Assembly (NCBI GenBank): GCA_964252035.1
Contig: OZ176208.1
Length of the DNA stretch: 64,000 nt
Strand: one strand, 5' to 3'
Source: Podarcis erhardii
Taxonomy: Eukaryota
Shown here: positions 12,503 to 24,713 of the stretch, piece by piece
Layout: each line of letters starts with the position of its first letter
Position numbering within the stretch: position 1 is the first letter of the stretch
The notes under the pieces: model-generated
The model's input: the letters and a program-made list of their open reading frames with translations, nothing else
Database searches by the model: none
Told to the model about the DNA's origin: nothing
Translations under genes and position numbers: made by a program

Positions 12503-13115
12503 CTATTGCATTCAACTAAGACTCTCCTCTGGCCTATTTTTCCCATGCTACACTACTACACATACTAAGAATTAAGGGACCTGGAATGTATGTCCCCTCT
12601 CATTCTCAGAGTGGCCTCACTAGCGCACTCAGCAAAAACATTGCTCACTGCTGACAAATGCAGAGAAATCCATAGATGCACATCTGCACAGGAGGTCCCA
12701 AGTTCCCCAGCTGACATGTCAGTAAAAGAAGCCTCTTAGGAAAATGAGTACAATGTGAAGTGAGAGAGAGCGGCCAGGTGTCCTAGAAATGCTTCATGCT
12801 GTTGCCATTCCCGGTTAATAGACCTTAAGGACAGGCAATTGCACAGGAAAGTGGCTGTCATATGCAGTAATTTAAAACATTCATAATTCTTCAGGTTTAT
12901 TTTTAGGATCCAATTAATTTGACAGAGACTTGGCAAGACAACTTGTCTGAATTACTTGTAATTAGAACTGACTGAAAATGGACTTTAAAAAAAAAACTAA
13001 AGATGTGTGTCATGGGTTATCCTAACGGCAGCACAATAGAACTGGCTGATAGATTGCTGTTTTGTTTGCCAAGTGGTAGCACCGTCAACATTGATGTAAT
13101 TCCTATGGTAGGGCA

Positions 13116-14963
13116 TTTAGACCGAATCAGTCAGCGGTTGATCATGTCTTAGTTTTATACCACCTTGCCCGGAAATATTCCGCCCCAAATAGAGGCCAAC
13201 TTTGTGCGGCCTTTATTGATTTAAAGGCCGCTTTTGACAGCATCCCCAGAGGATTACTTTGGGGAAAATTAGCACGATGGGGAATAGACAAAAGACTTTT
13301 GTGGCTAATAACTAAATTGCATGACGGATCGGCCGCTAGGGTGAGAATCACTCCGGCCGGCGACCTCTCAAATTCAGTAACCATCAATAGAGGTGTTCGT
13401 CAAGAATGTATCCTTGCTCCGACCCTTTTTAATCTATTTATAAGTGATATGAGGGCGCCTCTGATAGATTCTCAAGAAACGATCCACGCCCCCCGTCTTG
13501 CCCAATATCGTTGCCCCCTTCTACTCTACGCAGACGACGCAGTGATCCTATCTTTCTCAAGAGTTGGCCTTAGGAGGGCATTAAAAATTTTTGATGTTTA
13601 CTGAAAATCAAATTTTCTTACAATTAATCATGCCAAGTCCAATTTTCCAAAGTCCTAATTTTCCAATTATAGGTCGAAAAACCTATAATTGGAGAATAGA
13701 CGGAAAAGCCATTGACCAAGTCTTTAAATTTCAATACTTGGTAGTCCTTCTCCAACACAACATGGGCTGGAAGGTCCATCTTGCATATGTATTAAATAGA
13801 GCTAAAGCCCTTTCCTTTGCGCTACTGCATTTTTTCTTTTCAGATGGGGCTTTCCATATTCCATCAGTGTTAAAAGTTTTCAAGGCAAAGGTGATTGCAA
13901 CAATAGCATATGCAATCCCAATATGGGGGTCCTTTGTTAATCTAACCCAATTGGAGGTAATCCAAAACCAGCTTCTAAGAAGGTTGCTAAAATTACCCAG
14001 GTGTGTAGGCAATACTGCTATACGACTCGAACTAAATGTTACATCTCTAGAAACCACATTATGGAAATACATCCTCTGTTACTGGTTGGCATTATGGCAT
14101 AAACTTCCAAATCTCCACTTGATACAGTGTCTCTGGAGAGATGACTTCCCTAGCCCTTGGGCAAAAATAATACATGGGAAACTTGTGTCCTTAGGACTAT
14201 CTCCATCTGAACTACTAAAATTGGATTTAATTTCTGCCAAGAGAATTATAACTCACAAATTAGAGGAGATGGATTTACAATTTAATATTGCGACAGGTGG
14301 TGGCACCTGTTCGCCGATAAACCTTGGCTTAACACCACCAACGAAACTTCCATCTTATTTAACTACCTTATCTGTGGTGATGCACAGGTATGCCTTTATA
14401 AAGGCTAGATTCAATGTTTTCCCATCAAATGTGTTGGGTAACAGACTCTCCAATGGACAGATCTCACTCCTCTGTGACTGTAAAAGTGGATCTATAGAAT
14501 CGTTATATCATATAATCTTCTGTTATCCATTACATTCGGCTTCACGGTCCAAGTTTCTGGCCCCATATTTATCGAGAATTGCTGACAGACCTCTGGAAGC
14601 CCAAATAATATACTTATTAAACAACGAAGACACAAGTAGATCCCTTGCAGTCGCTAGATACCTGATTAATGTCTTATTTCAAAAGAGGAGAAATGGATCA
14701 CTGTATGACTCTGACAGCTTAGCTAAACTTAAGAACCATCAATAAGTGCCAGAACTAAGACGCATATCCCCCAAAATCTGAGGGATTTGAATTGCGGTTT
14801 ACATAGAGGGAGCTTATTGTGTATAGTGTTTACTTAATTGAAGTAAAATTGGTTTTATATGGGTGTTTTAACTTGGAACTGTTTAAATTGTATTGTTTAT
14901 GGATAAATTTTGATGTATTGTTTTAGATATGGGCCAATGGCCGTAATAAATCAAACTAACTAA
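13116..14963 (+). mobile_element. 5'-truncated non-LTR retrotransposon, RTE-X-like (RT plus C-terminal CCHC-type domain)
   Basis: RT motifs AFIDLKAAFD, GVRQECILAPTLFN, LLYADD (13116-13604); downstream frame to 14745 with NTAIRLEL and CDC..ESLYHIIFC; AATAAA and (AACT)n tail; exact 13-bp TSD CTATGGTAGGGCA at 13103-13115 and 14964-14976; stop at 13602 and frameshift near 13650. LINE call is firm, clade is inferred. Confidence 0.9.
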
Positions 14964-14984
14964 CTATGGTAGGGCAGTCTAAAG

Positions 14985-15123
14985 CAGGCTTCCTCAACCT
15001 CGGCCCTCCAGATGTTTTGAGACTACAATTCCCATCATCATCCCTGACCACTGGTCCTGCTAGCTAGAGATCATGGGAGTTGTAAGCCAAAAACATCTGG
15101 AGGGCCAAGGTTGTGGAAGTCTG
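14985..15123. mobile_element. hAT (Charlie-type) MITE, complete
   Basis: TIRs CAGGCTTCCTCAACCTCGGCCCTCCAGATGTTTT / AAAACATCTGGAGGGCCAAGGTTGTGGAAGTCTG; exact 8-bp TSD GTCTAAAG (14977-84, 15124-31). Confidence 0.92.
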
Positions 15124-15442
15124 GTCTAAAGCATACAAACGACTGGTTCAGCATGTCCGGATCCCACAGTGATCTGAGCTGGACATGTGCAGAGGTCCTA
15201 CTGAATGGAAGATTGTTTGAGTGCAATGGAGTCCCACAAGGTCAGAGTCTTCAAGTGTCATGCCATCTTGAATTCAACAGAATGACACACAGCTGGTTTT
15301 TGCAATGTGCATGGCCCTCTTCCATTCCCGCCAGTCAGTTTAATTAATGACAGGCGGGACTGCTTGACTTTTTGGGGAGGGGGTACAATGGCAGAAGAGA
15401 ATGATTTGAGGCTCTCTACAGAATTTTCCTTAACCTTTCCAG

Positions 15443-15677
15443 NNNNNNNNNNNNNNNNNNNNNNNNNNNNNNNNNNNNNNNNNNNNNNNNNNNNNNNNNN
15501 NNNNNNNNNNNNNNNNNNNNNNNNNNNNNNNNNNNNNNNNNNNNNNNNNNNNNNNNNNNNNNNNNNNNNNNNNNNNNNNNNNNNNNNNNNNNNNNNNNNN
15601 NNNNNNNNNNNNNNNNNNNNNNNNNNNNNNNNNNNNNNNNNNNNNNNNNNNNNNNNNNNNNNNNNNNNNNNNNNNNN
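15443..15677. other. Assembly gap (235 N)
   Basis: Direct reading. Confidence 1.
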
Positions 15678-15760
15678 TCCCTAACGGGAACCCAAACCTC
15701 TTTATTCAGGCTGGTTAGGCTGGGGTATTGACTGGCTTCTGCTTTTTGCCCCTTCACTAG

Positions 15761-15781
15761 ATGTTAATGCAGTCTTATCAG
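15761..15781 (+). other. Candidate 21-nt microexon
   Basis: Branch-like TTGAC at ~15729, pyrimidine tract with two TGC motifs, CACTAG acceptor, CAG|GTAGGT donor; length is a multiple of 3. Confidence 0.4.
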
Positions 15782-16419
15782 GTAGGTGCTTTAACCTATT
15801 AACCCAATACACACAAAACTGAATCCAAATTTATCCCTCCATTAGCATAAAAATATTGGCTATTATAGCAGTGCATGAATTCTTGTGGAAGGGTTGAAGA
15901 ACAGCACTGGTGGTTATTCTCCTTCCGGCCCATTGACTTCTTTCAGGAGGATTTAAGCCTGAATAATTTTCCCTGAAACAGGACTTTGAGTGCCACAAAT
16001 GAAAGCACACATGGTCAAATAAGAAACTAAGCTGAGCCCTGCTGGATCCGATCAGGAGGTCCATATAGTCTAGTATCCTGTCCTCACAGTGACCACACAG
16101 TTGCCTATGGAAAGCCCCAAAGTGGAACATGTGTGCAGTAGTCCTTGCCAGCTCAGGACCCCCAGGAACTGGTGTTCAGAGACAAACTGCCTCTGAAGAG
16201 TTCCCATTTGCTTGTGAGAGCATTTGCTATGGTTGTTAATTTTTCTCAGCAGAAGGTACTATTTGGGGGAGGGGTGTGTGAAGTTTCCCCTGAAAGAGCA
16301 AGTCCCCTGATTCCACCCCCACCCCCAATTTCAAACACAGCAGTCCACTTTTCTTTCCCTGCTCCCCTTCCAGAATGATCCTTACTAATGCATCCCTAGC
16401 CACGTCGTCTGAAAAGTCA

Positions 16420-16475
16420 ATCCCTCTGAGTTCAGTGGGAATTACTTCCAGGTAACGAGGTCTAGGATTGCAGCC
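16420..16475. mobile_element. Half of an old palindromic MITE
   Basis: gagttcagtgggaattacttccaggtaacgaggtctaggattgcagcc; related remnants at ~59730-59850. Confidence 0.5.
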
Positions 16476-18955
16476 GAAATTTGCCTTAAACCACACCTCC
16501 TTGTTTCCGAACACCAGGATTGGGTTTCAGTCTTTGATCGCGAGCTGTTAAGAAGACTGTGCGCTCCTCAGGATGGAAACAACTAGGTTCTTCCCCATCC
16601 ACAGCAGTCTCCCAACTGCAGCAGGCAGCCAACTCCACACAGGGGGGAAGCGGGGAGGGGGTTTAGACAAGAAAGAAAACGAGAAAAGAGGGGGAAATGA
16701 ACATTTAAAGGAAAAGGGGAGTAGCCTTGAGGGGAAGGAAGAACAAAACCCAGCTGGATTATGCAGGCCAGCCATCTGCACGGCTGAAGGATTTACAAAA
16801 GCAGCCCGGGCGGAGACGGAGGCTGGAATGGGAGCGCTTCCACTGTTCTTGAATCAATTACTTTCCATTCATAGGCTTGCTGTATAGAGAGGATTCAAAA
16901 TGGCTCTTTGGGAATCTTTGCCAATTGTGCAGTCTGCTTTCTCGGCTGCCTTACCCTTCCTCCCTGCACCTAACTCCCCCCTCCCCATTTTCTGAGCACA
17001 AGGATGTAAGTATTTATCAGTCCTGTATCCCTGCCAGCATGCCCTGAAATGATTCAAAGGGTCCTGGCACTGAATCACAAGGGTTTGTGTTGCTAATAAA
17101 TACAGCTGGCCCCCTCCATTGTTGATTAATTTTGACGGAAATCTAAACACCAAACAACAAACGCTCCTCTGAACGGCTTCGGTGCCCATTAGTTTGATGT
17201 GTTTATTAGACAGGCCTGTGCTCTTTCAAGTTTATTAACAACAGATTAAGGAAATGGCAAACAAATCTACAGTTTTGCTTCTTCTTCTTTTTTGAAAAAT
17301 GCAATAGCGGAGGTACCATTCACTAATGCTTTTAGGGTTTGATGGTAAGTCAAAACAAACTTTTAACAAATGCCGCATTCAAATTGCAGTTTGTGATGCA
17401 AAGAAGCAGCAATTAATGTCAGGGCTTAATTTGAGCTGGGAAACGTCTCTACGACTCAGACACAAAGTCTTCAGTGTTCAAACTGTGAATTCTTCCCACT
17501 TTCTCCTCCCCAGCCACACAGGGAATTATTGCAATTATCTAGATATAGGAATAAATATGAAACCTCATATTGTAAATTGGTTTAGCAGATATCAGCTGTT
17601 GTAAGAATGAAAGAAGCACCCTGCAGGATCAGACCAAAATAATATGGCTTGGCTTGAACACTAGCATGCCATGCCCTCCAACATGTCACAATGGAAAACC
17701 AGGGTGTGCATCTTCAGGGACGTGCTCCTGAGCAAGTCACATGACCCATGCGAGATTGCGTGCCCGAAAATGGGATGTCCTTATTTAATTGGGGCAGCTG
17801 AAGGGTATGGGATGCATCTTGACTTGGGGCAGGAAAGGAGAGGGGGGTTCCAGCTCTGCCTCAGACAAGCAAAATGTCTTAGACCAGCCCTTTTGAAGGA
17901 CTCATCTAAATGCCACCTTGAGTTCCACAACAGAATGAAGGGATATAAACCACCACTCATTGTTTACAAATCTTTTGCACATCTAGCCACTACCTATCTT
18001 TTATTTGGGGATCAGTGCGTCTTGTGCATGCATGTGTCCACACAATGTCGTCGGCATCAAAATCAGCGTAAGGTGATTAAAGAGCTTAACAAATTATCAT
18101 AAATGCCAGCCTATTATTTTCCCCTGTTTAATCTGGATCTATCCTTTTCACGGAGAAGCAAAATAAGCAAACAAAACCAAGTGGCCAGTTCTCCAGTGGT
18201 GATATCTGAAGGACTCCATTGCAATATTCAGCCCCCATCTGGAATGGGAATGGGGGATAGATCTGGTTTCCAACTTCCTGAAATGATAAAGCCAACAGCT
18301 ACCCTTCAAAAGTTGCATGACTCTGAATTTTGTGATTTTCCAAACCACAAATAATAATATAAAAAATGAGTGTATAAGGCGAAATGGTGCATTAAAACAC
18401 ATATATTAAATTGCTTGCAAAAATGTGTAGAATATATATATATTGCAATGCACTCTGTGTATTGGGCCTGGTTCAGAGACTCCAGCTGATTCAAAATGCT
18501 GCAACTAGACCATTGATGGAGACCCAGCACATAATGCAATTGTTCAAAAGCTTCTACGGGCTGCCCATGTGCTACTGAGCTAGGCCCAATGTTCTTTGTA
18601 TTAATTTACAAGGCCCTTAACAACTTGGGTCCAAGATACCACAGGGATCACCTGATCCCTTATATCCCTGCTCTATTGCTGAGGTCTTTGTGGAAGTTGC
18701 TATTTGTGGTCACCCATGGCAAAGGATTCACAGTTAATAGACACTAGAATCCCTGTGTTCAGTATTGTGGGGTCAATTTTGTGGAACTCTCAGTTGAGGT
18801 CAGACAGCTCCCTCTCTCTTGAACAACAAGCATCTACTGAAGACTTTTTATTATTTCAGGAGGCATTTTAATTGAATTCTGATTTTATCATTTTAACTCA
18901 TTTTAGTCTTATTGTAAATATTTCCAAAAAATGTCCCCACATTTCTTTACACATA

Positions 18956-19179
18956 TAGTGGTACCTTGGTTTACGAACTTAATCTGTTCCGGAAGTCCAT
19001 TCTTAAACCAAGGCATGCTTTCCCTAATAAGGCCTCCCGCTGCCAGTGCCCTTCCACCGTTTGGCTTCCGTTTGTAGACTGAGGTAAAGTTCTCTAACTG
19101 GAACACTACTTCCAGTTTTGCGGAGTTCATATACCGAATAGTTCGTGAACAGGGCTGTTCTTAAACCAAGGTGCCACTG
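18956..19179. mobile_element. Tc1/mariner (Tigger-type) MITE, family B
   Basis: TIR (C/T)AGTGGTACCT...AGGTGCCACTG, TA flanks; homologous to 40838-41067. Confidence 0.88.
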
Positions 19180-20624
19180 TATTTTGGGGTTTTTTACCAA
19201 GATGTATTTTAGAATTTTACCATTTTATGATGCTATAGTTTTATGATGTTTTAATTATTTTATTGTACACTACCTTGATGTTTTTATGGGTTGGGGATTT
19301 ATAAATATTCTTATAAATACATAAAATTTCCATACTGCTCAATAATAATAAAACTCTAAGTGGTTGACATTTATACCCATTTATGTTACACCTCAAGCTA
19401 GTTCTGATGATCAGTGCATGAATAAATCCTACCCATTATGTCTTCCCAGGGGGAAAATTACTGAGGCACAGGTTCATAACACCTGGCATCATTTATATTG
19501 CAAAGGAAGAAAGATTTCTAGTGAGGGGGAAAAAATCATTTCTGGCCCTTAATAGGCCATAGTTTGGGGAGGGGGGAGTCATAACACGTCCTTCTGCATA
19601 AGGCAATGGAAGTCTGCCTATTTTTAACAACAGAATCAGAATTCAAGATACTGTATTGGATGGGCTTCTGTCAGACTTGCCTGCCAATGGAAAGACTATG
19701 CTCACTGCTATGCAAGCCACTCTCTTAGAGTTGGACCCATGCCCATCCTAGCTGGTTGAAGCCAGATGAGAGTCTAGATCCTTGGCTGGCTGGCTGGCAT
19801 GCTTAGCAGTTCATTCAGGGAGGGGAAGGTGCCGGCTGGCATCAACTTTGCAGATGTTTGCTCCCTGCTCCAAAAAACAAAGCAAACCTGTATGTGTGCA
19901 GGCACAGCCAGTTATTATACTCTGTACCGAAGATGCAACTGTGGAACTTGGTAGGCGTTCATGAAACTTTGAGAGGCTCTATTCCTTCTTAGGAAGGAGG
20001 CCCGGAAGGGCAGGAATGGGCAATTGCTTCTGTGTGAAGCCTCAAGACTGCCTGTTCAATGTGTCTAAAAGGATGCTGGTAGAGATCTTGGAAGGTAGGA
20101 TGGTTGTATAGCCCCACTAAGATCTCAACCAGCATCCGCCTAAACAGTTTAACAGGTGCTGTTGTAAAGTGGAAATTCTGTATGTATAGGGTCTGCAGGA
20201 ACATGCACCCACCACTGTCCCTTTATCCCCATCACTCTCCATGAGTTCACGGGCAACTGTTTGGAGTGGGTCACCTGAGTCTGCTCATATAAGTTCCACA
20301 GACAATGTAGAATCTTGGTTTCCAGGATTCTACATTGTGAGGAAGAATACACAAATACAGAAGGCTTATTTGCTTCGGACAGTTTCCCTTGAGCTCATGG
20401 AAGGTAATGGGGGAAAGGAGAGCTATTATTAATAATAATAAAATATATTTACCACTTTTCATCCAAGGATAACAGGACGGTTTACAGTATAAACACACAA
20501 AGATACATAACAAAATAGCTTATCCTGCAAGGGATTTCAAGTATGTAGCCTAGTTTTGCAATGCAAATATAGGGGATATTGATTTCTTTGCTGTTGGTCC
20601 CAAGTAAAAGGATGTCATACACAA

Positions 20625-21031
20625 AGATCCTTTTGGTCGTAGCCCAGAGTTGGAAGGAAGATAAAATCCCTACAAGAGAAGAATGGATAATAAAGCTGAT
20701 GGACTATGTTGAGATAGCTAAATGACCGGAAAAGTCAGAAACCAGAATGATAAAAACTTCAACAAGGATTGGGGAAAATTTGTAACTTGTCTGAGAGAAC
20801 ACTGTAAACAGTTAAAAACACTAGCAGGGTTACAATAACACTTGCAATGTGAAAAGTACTATGGATAAAAATAGAGTTTTATAGTAATATAGAGGACAAT
20901 ATAGGATGCAGTGAAAAGCGATTGAATGCGGACTCCACGGAGGGGAGGAAGGAAGTCAAAGAATTCTATATTCATTATCGTATGTTGTATGTGAATGTAA
21001 GGTTAAATTGTAAAACCAAATAAAAAAAAAA
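20625..21031 (+). mobile_element. L1 LINE 3' fragment
   Basis: KILLVVAQSWKEDKIPTREEWIIKLMDYVEIAK / MTGKVRNQNDKNFNKDWGKF...LAGLQ* (1-nt frameshift), 3'UTR, AATAAA plus poly(A). Confidence 0.85.
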
Positions 21032-21857
21032 TTATATATCACATATATATTTTGGTGAGGTAGTGTATTCAGACTTTACAGATCCATTTTGCAGGTTCAT
21101 TAGTTATATGTCCAAAGTGATCCAATGAGGCCTTGGCTTTGTCGAGGTTTGAACCCAGGTCTCTCACTGCACCACAGCAACTTACTGTAATACGTATACG
21201 AATCTGCCAACAGAAAAACCAAATTCCACTTCTCAACCAATAGCATTTATATAACCAGTCAAGTGTCAGACCATGCAGTTAAAACCCCAACAGAGGGAAA
21301 GATGTGTGAGTGCATGTGCACAAATGCAGAAGCATGCGGGCATGTGGAAGAGATATCTATAAAATGGCAACTTTGGGAAGCGCTTCTTTTCCATCTTAGA
21401 AGCTGCCATCTTTCCTTCGAAGATTTTCTTGGCACCCTTAAAGTTGTAAAGCAAATACACAGCTCCATCCAAGGTCAAATACAGTTTGGTAAGATACACT
21501 CTAGCTAACTGTTCCAGTTTGGGCAACCAACACATTGCAGAAGTATTGAATTTTTGCCTTGCACCTCAGCAATACAATATAAATCACAAAAATATGCTAA
21601 TCCCATGTAAATTTGACTTTCAAAAAGCAGTCTTGTCCTTGTTTGCCATTTGGCAAGAAACTGAATACACACAGATTGTAAAACTTTCTGAAACTAATAC
21701 CACTTCTAAGAAAGAAGATACAGTGCCCATATGTAACTGCATTTACAATGGCATAATTGGATGGTTGGGAGTATTTTGGTTTTGATAAAAGTTTCAGGAG
21801 CCAGCATGGAACAAACTGAGATCAAGTGTAGTCTGCTCCATCATATGTGTATTTAAA

Positions 21858-21995
21858 CAAAGGGTGGCTAAGCTGTGACCCTCTAGATGTTGTCAGACTC
21901 TAACTCCCATCAGTCCCAGCAAGGATGGTCAATGGTCAGGGATAATAGGATTTGTAGTCCAACAATGTTGAGCATGTCAGAGGTTAGCCACTTCT
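21858..21995. mobile_element. hAT MITE (14985 family)
   Basis: gggtggctaa / ttagccacttctg termini, internal palindrome, flanks atttaaac/atttaagc. Confidence 0.7.
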
Positions 21996-22240
21996 GATTT
22001 AAGCTATCAGCCCCTGGCCTCTGTTTAGTGAGCTACTTGAGACATGTTCTTTCATATAACTAGTGAAACTTTTTACTTTGTGCCATGCAGCAAACTGATT
22101 ATGAAACTCCCACAAATTTCAAAAATGCAACATGGAATCTGAGAAATACATATTCATGGGCAAGTGGAACTAACTACGCAGTGGCTCATATACTGGTGCC
22201 TTGAAAAGTTCTTCAGATCCACTAAAGGTCCATGTAAACT

Positions 22241-22435
22241 AGTGTGGTATATAGTGGTTAGAATGTTGGTCTAGAGCAGATCCAGATTCTAATCTCCACT
22301 TAGCCACAAAGCTTTCTGTGTAATTTTGGGCCAATCACAGACTCTCAGCCTCGCTACTTAACTAGGTTGTACTGAGGATAAAATGAGAAAGAAAAATATG
22401 TTCTTTGCCTTGATTCTTATAGGAACGGCAGGTGG
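22241..22435 (+). mobile_element. Old tRNA-derived SINE (Squam3-like)
   Basis: agtgtggtatatagtggttaga A-box region; core ttgggccaatcacagactctcagcct. Confidence 0.65.
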
Positions 22436-23925
22436 CAATAACAACAACAACAACTAGCAAATCATTTTTAAATGGTTCATAGTTCAAAATTTCAACTACA
22501 ACCAAAGTCTGCATGAGAGCTATGATATGAAATAAGGGGCATTTTTAATCTTCTCCTTCAAAACTTCCAAGACTTCAGTTGGGAAGAGCTCTGATTCATA
22601 TATAACTGCCTAACATGTTAGTGGAATGATCCAAACACTAACAGCCTCATATTGTCTTTAACGGGCTCTGAAACAAGTCATAATCAGGTACAAATTTGCA
22701 CACCTGACTGTTGAGGACTTTGCTCAAGATTTAGTTTGGAATCACAAAAAGCAAAATTGCTATTTTCTATTCCAGACCTGCAATTATAAGCCATTAGGAG
22801 CTTGTGTCTTGACAAGCTTTGGGTGCACTTCCTGGCCTCTCCATTGCCATAACTTAGATGCAGCCACTAAAAACTTGGGGGGGCGGGAAGTGGAGACTCA
22901 GCAGAAAATAAGAGACTAAAATTTAAGTAAGTTTTTAAATGGAAAGGAAGAGAGGGAATAACAAAAAGAAAGGGGACAATCAAATTAGGAAAGCAAATTA
23001 GCAGAATAGAAATAAATACAGTAAGTAAATAAAGAAACATAGTAAATTGCCTTAGTCAGGCCATTGGTTCATTTATTTCAACATGGTTGACACTCTGGCA
23101 CCAGGACTCCAGGGTTTCAGAGAGGAGATACTTCCCAGCCCTAACTGGAGATGCCTGGGAATTAATATGCTCTACCACTGAGCTGATCAGTCTCCACACC
23201 TTTCATAATTTCCTCATCCATTCCCACATCCCCATGAATCAACAAGATTTCACCCTCCCATGGATCTAATGCAATTTAGAGATGGCCAGCAGGTGTCACC
23301 TGTGAGATCAAAAAGTACGCAGCTTGCAACGGCCTCTTTCTTGGCAAGAGATGCTGTTTATAGTGCAACAGAATAAAATGTGAAGGTTAATGAAGGCTGA
23401 AATTGTGGTTCAGCCCAAAAGCATGAATGAATCAGAATTCATCTATGAAGGCCACACTCATAATAGGAAAAAACCTCTTGCGTATAAAAGCAACCCAGCA
23501 ATGAGCCTGTCTAGGGAGAAATCTGTTTGCTGTGGAGCTTGGCAGGTATCTGTGGAGCAAGGAGGCTTAAGTTCCACAATATCCAGTCAGGGCAAGGTGT
23601 GAATGTAGGGAGCAAGGTGGACTCTCTGCTGTCAGCATCAAACTTCCACTTAGCCCCAACATTTTGGAGCAGGGGCAAAGGTACGCTTTATTTCACTTTA
23701 TTTCAAGATCCAGTTTGGCACTCCACCATGTGCATTTGTACATGCACACACATAGACTGGGAGCCTCAATGGCACCCCTCAGGAGGATTCACCCAGGGCA
23801 ACAACAACAAAAAACCAGCTAGCCCTCCTGTAGCTACATCTCTGCCTTGGAGCCAAGTACCTTCCCCTGGGGGCCCAGCTGCACCCCTATCTAGATAAGA
23901 ATAACCTAATTTCAGTTCCCGACAC

Positions 23926-24385
23926 TTTGATAACCTCTAGGTTGGGCTACTGCAATGCATTATATGTTGGGCTGCCTATGAAGACGATTCATAGGCTGGT
24001 GTAAAAAATCAGCAGCCAGATTGCTGACCAGGACAGGGCAGTCAGAATGTAGACCACCATGACTGCAATGGGTACCATGACTGCAATGAGTTGCTGGGCT
24101 CAATGCAAAGTGCTGGTTTTGACCTATAAAGCCATATGTGGCTCAGGACCACAGGACATCATAGAAGGGCCTATCCACACGTGAACCGACCTGGACCCTG
24201 TGATCATCATCTGAATCCCTTCTTTGTGTGTCACCACCACGGGAGGTTTGGAGGGTGGTAACCTGAGAAGAGGCCTTTTCAGTGGTGACCCCTGATTGTG
24301 GAATGTTCTCCTCAGGGAGGCACGCCTGGCACCACCTTTATCTGTTTTGAGATGTCAGGAAAATACTTTTTGTCCTGGGCTTTTG
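23926..24385 (+). mobile_element. Degenerate L2 LINE 3' fragment
   Basis: LITSRLGYCNALYVGLP...QCKVLVLTYKA; co-linear with the 27296 L2 copy. Confidence 0.8.
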
Positions 24386-24499
24386 GTTCTTCATTTGAGG
24401 CGTGGCACTGTGGTCTCTTTTAGTGGGGTAGATTCTATAAGGCTGTGTTTTTACGTTTCTATTGATTGGCTTTAACATAAGTTGCTTGAGAAAGGAGAT

Positions 24500-24713
24500 T
24501 CCGACTAAACAACTGGAAGAATTTTCTCACAGTAAGAGCTGTTCGACAGTGGAACAGTCTCCCTTGGAAGGTTGTGGACTCTCCTTCCTTGGAGCTTTTT
24601 AAGCAGACATTGGATGGCCATCTGTCATGGATGCTGTAGCTGAGATTCCTGCATTGCAGAGGGTTGGACTAGATGACTCTTGGGGTCCCAACTCTACAAT
24701 TCTATGATTCTAT
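24500..24713 (+). mobile_element. CR1 LINE 3' end
   Basis: Same sequence as 8747-8942; ATTCTATG x2 tail. Confidence 0.9.

Noticed and set aside
13591-14745. 384-aa ORF as a host gene
   Set aside because: It is the C-terminal half of the LINE ORF, bounded by TSDs; its start is produced by a frameshift
15307-15757. ORFs spanning X runs
   Set aside because: Artefacts of translating the N gap
16374-16451. 78-nt exon-like segment encoding MILTNASLATSSEKSIPLSSVGITS
   Set aside because: The donor lies inside a common palindromic MITE remnant (16420-16475), the peptide is unrecognised, and it is out of frame with the 21-nt candidate
16863-16880. 18-nt minus-strand microexon candidate (QAYEWK)
   Set aside because: Weak donor (AAA|gtaatt); expected by chance in 64 kb
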